From the NCBI GenBank assembly GCA_019828565.1, contig JAHDYR010000062.1, positions 1,064,421-1,128,420 on the forward strand: DNA of 64,000 nucleotides. The letters run 5' to 3'. Shown in pieces: positions 19,379-30,126 of the stretch (the stretch's first letter is position 1; each line of letters opens with the position of its first letter). The position numbers were made by a program, and so were the translations under genes. The notes beneath the pieces were generated by a model. The model had not been told where the DNA came from. It saw only the letters and a list, made by a program, of their open reading frames with translations, and searched no databases. This DNA comes from Carpediemonas membranifera BICM. Taxonomy: Eukaryota; Protista; Fornicata.

Positions 19379-20851
19379 ATGCGCAGGATAAGGACAAAAT
19401 CTTCGAGCGAGAACCGCGGTAACGACGGCTGTAATATGCTAAAGCTATCCACCATTACACGCATTCTTCCAAATGATGCCGCTGATTCTTGCCTTACGTT
19501 CACCACGCTCGATGAATGGGCTGAATACATCGAGTCGAATGATGTTCCCTCTCACGTGGCTTTCAACTTCAGTGGCAACTATCTCCGGCCCATTGAGATT
19601 GACAACTTTATCAATAGCCTGGACCGGTGCCCTGGCTACGTCGCTTTGGACCTCAGCAGCACAGGTCTCTCCGATGCCTCGTGCCCGCTACTCTCATCCG
19701 CCCTGATCTCCCACCAGGTGTACTCGCTGAACATCACCGGCAACCCAGTGACAGATGACGGCATGACATATCTGATCGACGCCTTCCCGTCCGCTCCCCT
19801 CGTACACTTATCCGCTCGATCCACGCACATCACAGACCGCGCCGGCCGCCTCCTCATCACTGCTGCGGCGGAGATGCGGAGTCTACTGACGCTGTACCTG
19901 TCCGGGAACTGTCTTGGCCCGGCAACTGTCGAGGCGATGCAGTCCCACCTCGGCCTCACCAGCCTCCTCGCCCTCGACCTCCACTGCACAGGCGTCGGCT
20001 CTAGGCCCCAGGACCTCATCAAGGCCGTCGGGTCGGTGGGGTCGCTGGCGTACTTGAACCTATGGGGCTGCGGGCTACTGCCCACAGAGGAGCTCGGAAA
20101 CCTGCTCGCACCCGCATCGAGGTGCTTCGCCTCCCTCTCACACGCCAACTTCGGCAATAACCCGCTCGGTGACGAGGGTGTGGCGCTCATTGCCCGCGGC
20201 CTGAGGAACAACGCGGCCCTCACCCACCTAGACCTCAGCGGCGTCGGCATCACAGACCGTGGCGCTGCAGCCCTTGTGGGGGCTGTCGCCACGAACGCTG
20301 CCCTGATCCACCTGAACGTCGCCCACAACCCACTCGGGCAGGCGGGCGTCGCGGCCATCCGTGGTCTGCTCGAGTCGCACCCCTCCCTTGACGTCGTGAA
20401 CGTTGGCGAGCCGGTTGAGCCCGAGGCCGAAGCTGAGCCGGCCCGCTCTGTGGCGCGACCCGACCCTGCCCGGCCGTCCCTGGACCTGATGCCCCGTCCA
20501 ACCCTCCCCTCGCCGTCCCCCCGCCCCGAGAGCTCGCCTCTATCCATTGACACGACCCGCAGCTGGGCCGACGACAGTGTCCGCATCCAGCCGTCGTCGG
20601 GCCGGACGCCCGTGCCGTCGACGCCACAGTCCGCCCCCGTCCCCACGGAGTCACACGAGTCGGCCTCGGACGTCGAGCTCACACCCGCCCCGCTGCCGGT
20701 GGGGGAGACGCGGGCCCGCACTGACGAGAGCCTGCTGCTGTCCGGCCAGGGCGGTGTTGAGGGCGCGTTCGACATTGCTGAGGAGGAAGAGGACCTTTTG
20801 ACCCTGCCGACCATGGGCGGCGCGTCCCAGTTGCTGGAGCCCGGCATGTAG
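19379..20851 (+). CDS. RNI-like leucine-rich-repeat protein with Pro/Ser-rich tail
   Basis: LxLxxNxLGDEG-type repeats; start could be 19436. Confidence 0.85.
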   Translation: MRRIRTKSSSENRGNDGCNMLKLSTITRILPNDAADSCLTFTTLDEWAEYIESNDVPSHVAFNFSGNYLRPIEIDNFINSLDRCPGYVALDLSSTGLSDASCPLLSSALISHQVYSLNITGNPVTDDGMTYLIDAFPSAPLVHLSARSTHITDRAGRLLITAAAEMRSLLTLYLSGNCLGPATVEAMQSHLGLTSLLALDLHCTGVGSRPQDLIKAVGSVGSLAYLNLWGCGLLPTEELGNLLAPASRCFASLSHANFGNNPLGDEGVALIARGLRNNAALTHLDLSGVGITDRGAAALVGAVATNAALIHLNVAHNPLGQAGVAAIRGLLESHPSLDVVNVGEPVEPEAEAEPARSVARPDPARPSLDLMPRPTLPSPSPRPESSPLSIDTTRSWADDSVRIQPSSGRTPVPSTPQSAPVPTESHESASDVELTPAPLPVGETRARTDESLLLSGQGGVEGAFDIAEEEEDLLTLPTMGGASQLLEPGM

Positions 20852-20946
20852 TGTTATAGTATATGTAAATCGTTGAATGGAAAGGACCAGGGGTCTATAG
20901 CGTTTACATTGAGCAACATAAAGGCGAAGCTTCACATTCCACGCGA

Positions 20947-21687
20947 ATGGCCTCGCAAATACGCCAGTTTCGGCAGCAGCAGCAGCAATGGTTCCAACAA
21001 ATGAATGAAGAGGAGGCTCCTCCACGAAGGAATACGACTCCAGCACAACGTGAGACCGTTCCCGAGGCGGATACGCCCCCATCGGAGAGCTCCTCGATGG
21101 AGAGTGGGAAATGTCCCATTTGCTATGAGCTCATGGTGAGTCCCCGCCGTCCGATGCTCCTATTCCCGTGCGGCCATTGCTTATGCCAGCTGTGCCTCGA
21201 GCAAGTGCAGGGCATGCGCGAGGTCCCCCAGTGCCCCACCTGCCGCGCCGACATTGTGTCGACGGCACCCAACATCTCGCTCCAGAACCTGATCATGGAC
21301 ATGCGACAGGACGGGTTCACCGGGTTGATGGGGCTGGCTGACTACCAGGCCCAGCTGACCCAACTCGACCGCCGCATCCGCATACTAGAGGCGAAGAAGC
21401 GTAGCCAGGCCGAGAGCGGGGACGCCACAGCCCGGCTGCAGGAGTTGGCCGACAAGGAGCGGAGTCTGACCGCGGAGGCCGACTCACTGAGCCAGAAGAT
21501 CGCCCAACTGGAGGCCCAGCGGAGCAGCGTGCGGGATGCCGCCAGCGAGGCGCGGCGGGAGATTGCAGCGATAGAGCGGAATTCACGGTCAGCGTTGTCG
21601 GAGACGGCGCAGGTCGATGGGCTGCTCGCTGGGCTGCACCAGGAGCGTCGGAAGGTGGCGCTGCTCATTAAGGGCCTCGGACGGTGA
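20947..21687 (+). CDS. RING-finger E3 ligase with coiled coil
   Basis: CPIC..PCGHCLCQLC..CPTCR (C3HC4). Confidence 0.9.
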   Translation: MASQIRQFRQQQQQWFQQMNEEEAPPRRNTTPAQRETVPEADTPPSESSSMESGKCPICYELMVSPRRPMLLFPCGHCLCQLCLEQVQGMREVPQCPTCRADIVSTAPNISLQNLIMDMRQDGFTGLMGLADYQAQLTQLDRRIRILEAKKRSQAESGDATARLQELADKERSLTAEADSLSQKIAQLEAQRSSVRDAASEARREIAAIERNSRSALSETAQVDGLLAGLHQERRKVALLIKGLGR

Positions 21688-21754
21688 GTCGGCCTTGGAC
21701 TCACTTGATAGGGCTTCGGTCTTTCTAAATGCTAGTTTATAGAGCCAGGCCGGG

Positions 21755-23548
21755 TCATGGATCATCGCAGCTGCCCGCGTCCCGGCCGACATTGTTGATG
21801 ATGGCACCGGCGAGCTTCATGGGGATGTCGACCATCATGTGGTGCCCACTCCGCATGACGGTGATCGCCGGGGCAGGGGCACAGCTCCACGCCAGCATGG
21901 CCGTGCTTCGCTGCTGTCTCTCGGCCCAGAGGTCGCCGCTGATCTCACTGGACACGTCTGCCACAATTACAGAGAGCGGGATGCCGCCTAGGACGCCGGG
22001 CTTTGCGTATTTTTTGTTAGACGCCAGTAGGCTGCCGATGTCCTCGGCCTCAGCCATCTGGGCGATCCACTGGGTCGTCCGGGAGTTGAGGGCCACCCAG
22101 GCGTCGGCCTTTGAGGAGGTGAACCCGCTCGGGGCCCCCATGGAGTGGGCCCACAGCCTGCCCACGCCCAGCGGCGCCAGCATCGCGATCAGCCGAGATG
22201 TGAAGGGCTTGACGGTGTCCTCGACTTGCCCTGTCATGTTGGCGCTGTACCCGTCTACCGTGACGACGTGGTCCACGAGGTCGGGGTGCTTGGCGACGAA
22301 CTCGGGCATGTAGAGAGCCGCTGTGCCGTGGGAGACGAGGGTCACTGACGAACGCGGGTTCACCGTCTGCGGGTCGTTGGCGAGGGCGGCCTTGATGGCG
22401 TCGTGCAGGGTCGTAACGTAGTCGGCGGCCGTCGGTCGGTAGAACATCGGCAAGGTGCTCCAGCCGAGGCCCGGCTTATCGTAGTAGCAGATGGTCAGCG
22501 GCTCGTCCATCTCCGCCGCCAGGTCGAGCACGGCGCGGTACCAGACCATGCCTGGCAGCCCATGACCCGCGTCCAGCATGATGAGGTGGCCCTGCTTGGT
22601 GGGGTCGTCGTGGGGCAGGTCCGGCCCGATTCCGCAGTAGACGTGGAGCGTGCGCCCCCCGGAGGTCGTGTAGAAGCCTGTGCGGCGGTGCCCCATGCCG
22701 TCGAACGTGGTGAGTGTGTCCTGCAGCAGCACGGCCAGGCAGAGCCCGGCGAAGAAGAGCATCGGTGTCAGCAACGCGTACAGGTAGCTGGACCGCAGCC
22801 CGTCCCGCAGCAGCTGGTGTCTGACATGGCCCCATCGCTCGGCCCGCATCTGCCGCACCTCTTCATGCCGCAGGAACTCCTCGTTCAACAACCGGTCCAG
22901 GTCCTCGGCCATGCTGTAGTTCGACAGCGACGACATGGCTAAGATGGCCTTGGCGTCGGTGTCGCCCGCCTTCATGCGGTGCTTCTTCTGGGCGCGGTCC
23001 CGTCCGGTCTCACGTGTCGGCTTCTTCTGTTGCTTCCTCTTCGACCGAGAGTATGCACGGATCAGTGACAGGATCAGTAGTACGAACGCTCTGAGCTCCA
23101 GGCCAGCCATAACTATGCTTGGGACGGCCGCCACGAGCTGCCCAATGATCCCAGTGACCTCGTCCTCGACCAGGATGCCTGCGAGCTCAATGAGGGCGCA
23201 TATTAGGTTGTATAGCAGCAGGAAGCCGACAAACACGGGATGTGGGATGACGAGGGTCAGGGGCCAGGCTTTGATGTGACTGCTTACCTCGTAGGCAGAT
23301 AGACAAGCAAGCTGCACGGCAATGAGCGTCGCTGCGCAGGACTCAGTATAGAACTGGAAGATAACAGCAAAGAATATGAATACGGCTGTGAGTAGAGCCA
23401 GAGCGACGAAGATAGCATGGATGATGTGCCTCCAGGACGGCAGACGGAGTCTCAGTCTCCTTTTCCGCTTCACCTGTTGTCTATCGAGCTCTAGAAAAGG
23501 ATCTTGCCCATCAGTGTCGACTATTTGGTGTTCTGGCGCATGGCTCAT
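21755..23548 (-). CDS. Multi-pass membrane protein with C-terminal alpha/beta-hydrolase-fold domain
   Basis: N-terminal TM helices; LHVYC, YDKPGLGWS, VTLVSHGT, SGHHM. Confidence 0.75.
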   Translation of the reverse strand: MSHAPEHQIVDTDGQDPFLELDRQQVKRKRRLRLRLPSWRHIIHAIFVALALLTAVFIFFAVIFQFYTESCAATLIAVQLACLSAYEVSSHIKAWPLTLVIPHPVFVGFLLLYNLICALIELAGILVEDEVTGIIGQLVAAVPSIVMAGLELRAFVLLILSLIRAYSRSKRKQQKKPTRETGRDRAQKKHRMKAGDTDAKAILAMSSLSNYSMAEDLDRLLNEEFLRHEEVRQMRAERWGHVRHQLLRDGLRSSYLYALLTPMLFFAGLCLAVLLQDTLTTFDGMGHRRTGFYTTSGGRTLHVYCGIGPDLPHDDPTKQGHLIMLDAGHGLPGMVWYRAVLDLAAEMDEPLTICYYDKPGLGWSTLPMFYRPTAADYVTTLHDAIKAALANDPQTVNPRSSVTLVSHGTAALYMPEFVAKHPDLVDHVVTVDGYSANMTGQVEDTVKPFTSRLIAMLAPLGVGRLWAHSMGAPSGFTSSKADAWVALNSRTTQWIAQMAEAEDIGSLLASNKKYAKPGVLGGIPLSVIVADVSSEISGDLWAERQQRSTAMLAWSCAPAPAITVMRSGHHMMVDIPMKLAGAIINNVGRDAGSCDDP

Positions 23549-23822
23549 GCCCGTTCGAGACTTCTTCCGACGATTTCACCCATGGAAGATTCTCGATATC
23601 GGCAGATCCAATGATCTGGGATCGATCCAGCCCGTCATACGTCCCCGTGGGCGTGTAGGCGGTCGTCCTCTCGCTTTCTTAAATCACGCCCCTCGGTACG
23701 GACCGTATCAGCCGACGCGATGCCATTATTCCCGTTGGTCGTTACAGCGTAGTCGGGACCACACAGCCGATGTCATGGCCGGCGATCGTCATCCGACTCA
23801 GGTGACTGCGGCACACATCATT

Positions 23823-24458
23823 ATGGCGAAGAACACACCAGGCAGCGAGTCGTCAACACGGATTTCTGGGGGTGCAGAGGAGCAGCTAAGCAAGAGTATG
23901 ATCCTAATACACGCACAAAAGAAGACGCTAATGCTTCACACCGTCAAACACGGCATCTTCGCCATTCCTCTTCTCCTGAACACGCTAGGCTGGATTGGGC
24001 TATGTTGTGCTCTCATATACCCCGATACATTGAAGGCCATCTTCACCTTGGGCGGGCTGCTGTGCTCCCTGGTCGCGGGCGTCGCCCTCTATCCCCTGAT
24101 CATCATGCTCGCCGCCCACTTCGCCCGGGCGTCTGTTACATGCCAGAGCCGGGCCTTCCTCGTCGTGTATCTGGCTGTGGAGCTTGCCATCTTCCTCCAC
24201 TGCCTGTGGATGGCATTCGGGTTCTTCTTTGCCGCCAACGGCCTCACCAGCCCCATCTATGCACTGCTTGTCCTGCTTGACGACATCACCGGCAGTGACA
24301 GCACCACCGCCTTGATCGCTGTGGCCGTGCTGGTCGGGTGGACCCTCTGGGCGTTCGGCCAGGCCGTCACATGGCTACTGGCAGCCGCATGGGTCGTAGT
24401 CATCGTCCGGCCTGTCATAGCAATGACAACCAAGGGCCCAATGTGCATCGATGCCTGA
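23823..24458 (+). CDS. Four-TM hypothetical membrane protein
   Basis: Hydrophobic ORF; ATG 23823 is the likely start because the upstream part of the ORF overlaps the neighbouring gene. Confidence 0.65.
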   Translation: MAKNTPGSESSTRISGGAEEQLSKSMILIHAQKKTLMLHTVKHGIFAIPLLLNTLGWIGLCCALIYPDTLKAIFTLGGLLCSLVAGVALYPLIIMLAAHFARASVTCQSRAFLVVYLAVELAIFLHCLWMAFGFFFAANGLTSPIYALLVLLDDITGSDSTTALIAVAVLVGWTLWAFGQAVTWLLAAAWVVVIVRPVIAMTTKGPMCIDA

Positions 24459-24544
24459 GGCTGAGTTGGGGTTTCAGGTCATCTTTACATTGCCGACCTG
24501 CGTTACTAGCAGGCGTGTACATAAATGAGCAGCACTAGGCCCTC

Positions 24545-24814
24545 CTAAGTCTTCGTCTCGCTCTGTGGCCGCTGACCGAAGAAGTCCTCAAGAATGGGGA
24601 CGACGTCGGCCCGCTGCATGGTGTCGCGGCCGGCCAGAGAGCGGTAGCACTCCGCTTGGTGAATCACGATGTCAGCGAAGTCTGATGCAAGGTCACGGAG
24701 CATTTCATGGCCCGTCTTGTCCAGCATATCATCCAGTTGCAGACTTTTGAGCATTTCCTTGAGCTCTTCATCTTTGAGCTCGATTCCAGCTTGTTTTCCA
24801 AAAGAAGTACTCAT
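24545..24814 (-). CDS. TAF12: TFIID subunit TAF12-like histone-fold protein
   Basis: LKEMLKSL..LDKTGHEMLRDLASDFADIVI..TMQRADV resembles TAF12 LDEDVEEMLLQIADDF..TLEVKDV. Confidence 0.65.
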   Translation of the reverse strand: MSTSFGKQAGIELKDEELKEMLKSLQLDDMLDKTGHEMLRDLASDFADIVIHQAECYRSLAGRDTMQRADVVPILEDFFGQRPQSETKT

Positions 24815-25023
24815 TATAGGCTATTTTAGGTTGACTAATACGGTACTGCGGTGGAGAGGGTTTTCTGCCGAGCGGCGGCGGAATGAGCAAAGAAGAAGTG
24901 CAGTATAAGGATATTGCTGAGCAGAGTGCGCATGAGGGCAGTCATAGGCCGTGTAGTCGTGCTCTCTGTCCACGAATCGTGCCAGACCGTCTTGACTCGT
25001 CCTGCGGAGTTCCAGTACCAGAC

Positions 25024-25383
25024 ATGGAGACATCATCATCCACATTCACAGTGTTGAACCAGCAGTACAGCCTAGATATAGTCATGCTATCTAAGCCCCC
25101 TAGCCCCACAGTACAGATTGTGTGCGTCCCCGTGGGTTCACAGGGCATTCACGGCCTGTCCGTAGCAATGAAGCACCCCGGGGCATCCTCTGTCGCAAAC
25201 ACGATGCTTATTCCAAACGATAGCTCGGAACTGAACAGCAACGTCAGTCAGCGCCTCAGTGCGCGCTTCGGAGGTATGTTCCTCGTGTCGCTCGCCGTCG
25301 CCAAGTCGGACGACCCTGCAGACGTTGCTGAGGGCGCAGTGGAGATGGAGTGCATCAAGGCTGTTCGCAAGACACTGGGTTGA
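25024..25383 (+). CDS. PSMG4: Proteasome assembly chaperone 4-like
   Basis: About 119 aa; LSVAM..TML..SQRLSARF..FLVS pattern. Confidence 0.6.
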   Translation: METSSSTFTVLNQQYSLDIVMLSKPPSPTVQIVCVPVGSQGIHGLSVAMKHPGASSVANTMLIPNDSSELNSNVSQRLSARFGGMFLVSLAVAKSDDPADVAEGAVEMECIKAVRKTLG

Positions 25384-25574
25384 GCTCTTGGTTTCACCCT
25401 CACTTGCCATGGCACGACGGCAGACAATAAATCACTGCGCGTGAGCTACTGACACAACACAGCTCTGCAACATAGCTATACAGTCCTCACCCGCCCCGGC
25501 TCTGTGTCTACACAGTCATGTGTAAGATGCCGCACTTTAGCCGAAGACATCGATCACCGACGACCATTTGACAC

Positions 25575-27155
25575 ATGGCTGACCATGCGGCACGAAGAGC
25601 TGCTATCGAGGAACGCAGAAGACGTATCAAGGAAAAGCGTCAGGCAACAAAGGATGCAACCAGTGGATTGCTCTCTTCGTCGGCCAGCTTGCCAAAGATA
25701 GAGACGATCCCGTCCCCGACGTCGACAGTGTCGCTGCCAAAAACTAATGTATCACAGCCACCGCTTCCAAAACCGCCAAGCTCCACGCCACCAGCGCCCG
25801 CCGAGAAGCGGACGCTCGAGTGCCACTCGCAGACCATCTTCTCCCAGGCCCCTGCACTCGCCTCGTTCGCGTACCAGAAGGAGACGCAGACGGAAACTAC
25901 AGAGGTCAAGGAGGCTCCGCGGCCAGTGCCCGCGGCGGCCGAGACCGAGACAGTGGCAGTGGTGAAGGAGACGACTGAGCCCCGCCCCGGCCCCCGCGCC
26001 CTCTCCATCCACAGCGCCGAGGTGGTAATGGCCGAGCCGTCGTTCAAGGCATTCCTGGTCGACGCTAGCAGCACAGTCGAGCTCCTGATGGGCGCCAACC
26101 GACTGGTGCCGAAGCTCAGCCGTGCGGCGACCAAGGCCTTCGACACCGACACTGGCAACGTCGCCTCCCTGCTTTCAATCACATCCCCCGCCCTCGGCTA
26201 CGCCGGCCTCCCGGTCGCCGCCATCACGCCTGCCGCCGGTAGACCTGACCTTGTCGCCGCGTCATATGCCACTGAGGACGCCGGGCTCGTCGGTTCGGGT
26301 GCGATAGGACTGTGCTCGACGCTTGTTACCCACCCCGAGAAGCTGCTGACTGCCCCAACCCCAGTGACGGGTCTGCTGACTCCGACGTGGCAGCCGGGAA
26401 CGCTCGTGGGGACCTCCGCGACTGGTGCCACGATCTTCTGGGACCTCAAATCCACGTCGACTCTGCATGAGTCGTGTATGCAGACGCACCAGTCGACAAT
26501 CGGGCTCGCGCAGACAGCCCACGATGGCCGCAATGTCGTGGTGACGGCCGCGGACAACGGCCAGCTGTCATACTGGAATACGAAGGTGCTGACAAAGCCC
26601 GTCTCTGTGTTCACCCCGCAGAGGCCCAGCATAGCGCACGTAGAGGCGGCGTACGTCTCGGCCGTGTTTGCCGACGAGCAGGGGTCGGTGTTCGGCATGA
26701 CGGACGGCACCCTGCTCGCCATAGGGCAGGACACTGCCGTAGAGGAGGTCGCCGGCGCCATCACGCCTGTTGTCAGGATCGTGCGGGTTGTCGTTGGGGG
26801 TAAGCGACTGCTGGCCTCAATCGGGACCGGGTCGAGCCTGGCCATCTGGGACCGCGACTCCCTGCACTGCGTCCACACCATCGACCTCAACTCATTCGTG
26901 TCGGACCTCGTCGCCGTGCCCGACACAGGCTCAGTTGTGGTCACAACACCGGCCGGGCTGTCCGTCATTGACGTCGCCAGCGGGGCTATCGACAAGGTGG
27001 ACTTCGTCGCCCTCACGGAGCTCCAGACGGAGCCGACTGTGCTATGTTGGGTTGGCGACCAGGATATCCTCGCCGTGGGCTGCGGCGACGGGCACGTGGC
27101 GTTCGTCCGGGTCGAGGTGCGGGCCAGTGAGGTGGCCCCGGCGTGGATGGGCTGA
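25575..27155 (+). CDS. Cytoplasmic dynein intermediate chain-like WD40 protein
   Basis: Charged N-terminal helix, light-chain-binding YQKETQT motif, degenerate WD repeats. Confidence 0.75.
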   Translation: MADHAARRAAIEERRRRIKEKRQATKDATSGLLSSSASLPKIETIPSPTSTVSLPKTNVSQPPLPKPPSSTPPAPAEKRTLECHSQTIFSQAPALASFAYQKETQTETTEVKEAPRPVPAAAETETVAVVKETTEPRPGPRALSIHSAEVVMAEPSFKAFLVDASSTVELLMGANRLVPKLSRAATKAFDTDTGNVASLLSITSPALGYAGLPVAAITPAAGRPDLVAASYATEDAGLVGSGAIGLCSTLVTHPEKLLTAPTPVTGLLTPTWQPGTLVGTSATGATIFWDLKSTSTLHESCMQTHQSTIGLAQTAHDGRNVVVTAADNGQLSYWNTKVLTKPVSVFTPQRPSIAHVEAAYVSAVFADEQGSVFGMTDGTLLAIGQDTAVEEVAGAITPVVRIVRVVVGGKRLLASIGTGSSLAIWDRDSLHCVHTIDLNSFVSDLVAVPDTGSVVVTTPAGLSVIDVASGAIDKVDFVALTELQTEPTVLCWVGDQDILAVGCGDGHVAFVRVEVRASEVAPAWMG

Positions 27156-27215
27156 GTAAACGGAAACTGATCTGATCTGATCTGATCGATTTACCATCAC
27201 TATTTATCGTCAAGC

Positions 27216-28601
27216 CTACATATACGTCCCCCGATACCCCGACCCGAAGTTCCCGCTGACTCCGCTGGGGCCTCGCGACGGTGCGGCCGAGGACCCTGTG
27301 ACAGAACCGGCGGGGACCGAGGGGCCGCGGCGTTTGCGGGACGGGAGGGCCCTGATGATGCGGGAGTCGAGGAGGGCGAGGTACTGCAGGATGTCGCGGA
27401 CCTCCTCTACGGTCAGGTACATGTGCTCGGCGATCCGGGAGAGCCGTGCCTTCTGGGGGTCGATGTCGCCTGAGCGTTGGGAGAACTCGATGAAGCAGTG
27501 CTTGATGTAGACCATTGAGTAGTAGCTGATGTTCCCGCCCGTAAGCAGCTGCAGGATCCGCTCGTCTCGGTTGATACCGCCTATGGAGCTCTTGACACTG
27601 GCATCGGAGCAGTCCGACTCGTTGCCCGACCCGGGGGGCTGCAGGCTCTCAGGAACCTGGCCCAGGAGACGCCACAGCGACTCGGGCACCTGCCCGCCCG
27701 ACGCCATGGCCGACTCGTACGCCTGCAGGCGGGGGGCGATGGCGGCCATCTCAGCGTCGGCCTGGGCCTTGGCTGTCTCAAAAATCCGCTTGAGCTTCTT
27801 CATGTACTTCTGCTGGTGTGTGCGGACCTGCGTGGTCGTGCGGGTGCCGACGTGCATGGCGATCCGCTTGATGTCCCGCTCGCCGTAGAGTTCGACGGCG
27901 TCAAGGTACATCGCATGCTCCTCGCTCGACCAGTACCGCGCGTTGTGGTTCCTGGCCGCCGTGCTGGCGTTCGTACCGACCTGGCTACCGCTGGGTCTGA
28001 GCAGCCCCTGCCCGGTGACCTGGGACTGAGAAGGGGAGGGCGCCGTCTGCCGATAGAGTGGCCCGATCGTCGTCGCTATGTCTGCTGGCAGGGCGTGTCC
28101 CTCACTGCCAAGCTGGGCGAGACGGCGGGAGATCTTGTCGAGCATGTCGTCGATATCCCGCCGTTGCTTCTTGAGGGCGCGGTACTGGTCAGCGAGCGTG
28201 CTGATCTCGATGTTGTTTGTGCTATTGCTAAACGTGCTATGTGCCTGGTACTGTTGCGGCTGACCGTACTGCTGCGGGACTGGGTTCATTTGGAGATAGC
28301 TCTGCTCCTCAGGGCCGGGCAGCTTGGCAGCTGGCTCCTGCAGCAGAGGACGCATAGAGTCGTCAAATTGCCCCTCGAACTGGTTCATATCCCTGGAGAC
28401 GCTGTTGAAGTCTCCACCGACCATCGGCGGTGCCATCGGGGCTGTGTTGTTAATGGACGGTATAGAGAGTGGAACTCCATAGTCGTATTCGTTTGCTGTT
28501 GGCTGGCCATACATCGAAGGTATCTGGAATCCAGGTAGCGGGTCCATTGGCCGAGTAACGCAGTTGGTTTGGTTGGATGAACACGTTATGATCTCATCCA
28601 T
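27216..28601 (-). CDS. Myb-like transcription factor (SHAQKYF class)
   Basis: YWSSEEH..YG..IAMHVGTRTTTQVRTHQQKY. Confidence 0.9.
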   Translation of the reverse strand: MDEIITCSSNQTNCVTRPMDPLPGFQIPSMYGQPTANEYDYGVPLSIPSINNTAPMAPPMVGGDFNSVSRDMNQFEGQFDDSMRPLLQEPAAKLPGPEEQSYLQMNPVPQQYGQPQQYQAHSTFSNSTNNIEISTLADQYRALKKQRRDIDDMLDKISRRLAQLGSEGHALPADIATTIGPLYRQTAPSPSQSQVTGQGLLRPSGSQVGTNASTAARNHNARYWSSEEHAMYLDAVELYGERDIKRIAMHVGTRTTTQVRTHQQKYMKKLKRIFETAKAQADAEMAAIAPRLQAYESAMASGGQVPESLWRLLGQVPESLQPPGSGNESDCSDASVKSSIGGINRDERILQLLTGGNISYYSMVYIKHCFIEFSQRSGDIDPQKARLSRIAEHMYLTVEEVRDILQYLALLDSRIIRALPSRKRRGPSVPAGSVTGSSAAPSRGPSGVSGNFGSGYRGTYM

Positions 28602-28660
28602 AAATCACATAAATGAGCTTAACACACAGCTTAACCAGCCCGGATCGTGTCCGGTTCGCT

Positions 28661-29821
28661 TTACTGCTCCTGCTCGGCCCACTTCGCCCGCTTCTTCGCC
28701 CACCGCGCCTCCCGCTTCTCGGCCCAACGCTCCTGCTTGCCCTCCTCGGCCTTCGCAACCTTCCACGCCTTCGCTGTCGCCCAAATAGGGACAAGCCAGT
28801 CATCGCGGCGCTCGACAGTGACCTCGATGACCTCGGTCTTTTCTCCGTGGGTCACCGAGACGCGAACAGGGCCCGTAGCGTCGCGGGCGTGCTTGCTGAA
28901 GGACGCCATGTGCTGGGCGGCCTCTGCGATGATCTCCGGGGCCTCATCAGCGCTGTGGATGGGCCGGAGGAGGGCGATGGGACCCATGAGCGTCTCGAGC
29001 CGCATGGTGTAGTCTGTGGGGGCCGCGGACAACAGCAGCTGGTCATTGTCGTGCTCGTTGCGGCCGATGACGACCCAGTGCTCGCCCTTCCAGTAGTGGC
29101 GGGCGAAGTTACACAGTCTGAAGTCCGTGGCGTCGGCGTCGCCCTTGACGGTCAACAGCTGGGCATACCGCGTGGCGTTCGTCTCGTCAGTCAGCCTGCA
29201 CCCGCCCGCAGGGGACTCGATGACCTCCTCAGGCACCTTGAACTGCTCGACCAGCGCCATCTGCCCCTTGCGGCCGCGGCCCTGCAAGGAGAGGAGCTGC
29301 TCGCGGTCGACGAGGCCAGACCGCTCAGCGTCGGTCTCCTCGAGGAGCTTGGCAGAGAGGGGTCGCAGCAGCTTTCCCTCCATGCCGGTGTCGGCCTTGA
29401 TGTTGTTGAGGGCGGCCATGTGTTGGGACATGGGCCGCTGGCCGAGGACCTCGCCCGTCGCGACGAATTTGGCGCCGTACTTGTCCATGATGGCCTTGGT
29501 TTGGGTGATCATGTTGATCTTGCAGTCCACGCATGGGTTCAGGGTTTTGCCGAAGCCGCGGTGGGGCTTGTAGAGGCGCTTGATCATCTTGTCGGACGTG
29601 TCGACGCAGATAGCTTCAATACCGAGGAGGTTCTTCCACATCTCGGCCTTCTGGGGAGCTCCGAAGAACGGCGAGTAGTAGTGGACGCCAAGGAGCTTCA
29701 AACCCTGCTTGCGGAGGAGAAGGTACGTCAGGATGCTGTCCAGACCACCAGACATCAGCACAAGGCCGTCGTATTGCTCAACAGCGGCGTTATCGCCTTC
29801 AATGGGAGTCTTCGTCTCCAT
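28661..29821 (-). CDS. Bacterial-type PP-loop tRNA thiolase (ThiI/MnmA-like with C-terminal DUF814-like region)
   Basis: SGGLDS, NPCVDCK, TGEVLGQRPMSQ, LLRPLSAKLL, PAGGCRLTD, IGRN; first ATG 29821. Confidence 0.85.
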   Translation of the reverse strand: METKTPIEGDNAAVEQYDGLVLMSGGLDSILTYLLLRKQGLKLLGVHYYSPFFGAPQKAEMWKNLLGIEAICVDTSDKMIKRLYKPHRGFGKTLNPCVDCKINMITQTKAIMDKYGAKFVATGEVLGQRPMSQHMAALNNIKADTGMEGKLLRPLSAKLLEETDAERSGLVDREQLLSLQGRGRKGQMALVEQFKVPEEVIESPAGGCRLTDETNATRYAQLLTVKGDADATDFRLCNFARHYWKGEHWVVIGRNEHDNDQLLLSAAPTDYTMRLETLMGPIALLRPIHSADEAPEIIAEAAQHMASFSKHARDATGPVRVSVTHGEKTEVIEVTVERRDDWLVPIWATAKAWKVAKAEEGKQERWAEKREARWAKKRAKWAEQEQ

Positions 29822-30126
29822 TTGCTTTCGTCGCCAGGCACATGGTGCCGGGGCAAAGTCGTGAACGACTCGACTCCAGTTTCTTACCAAACTCTGCCGC
29901 TTCGACTTCATCAGCAAGTTGTAGTGTTGTAGCAAACTTTTATGATGAACTTTGAGGCTCATAACAATGATTGATTCTCCAGCTGCGGCTTCCCCATGTG
30001 TCCGCTCATACTTAGGCCATGTGAGGTGCCCGGCTCCAACGGCACTGGCCCTGGGTTCCATCCCATACGCTTGTTCCTGCGAGTTCCCCGGAGTGACTCT
30101 ATTGGAGTCACCAGCAAAATCCCGTC

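Noticed and set aside
27167-27186. (CTGAT)n and other short tandem repeats (e.g. tcaca at 57141)
   Set aside because: Ordinary slippage microsatellites in 3' intergenic DNA.
11955-29821. Bacterial contamination as the source of yqeB and the tRNA thiolase
   Set aside because: Both lie between clearly eukaryotic genes with matching codon style, and yqeB has a host-type intron.
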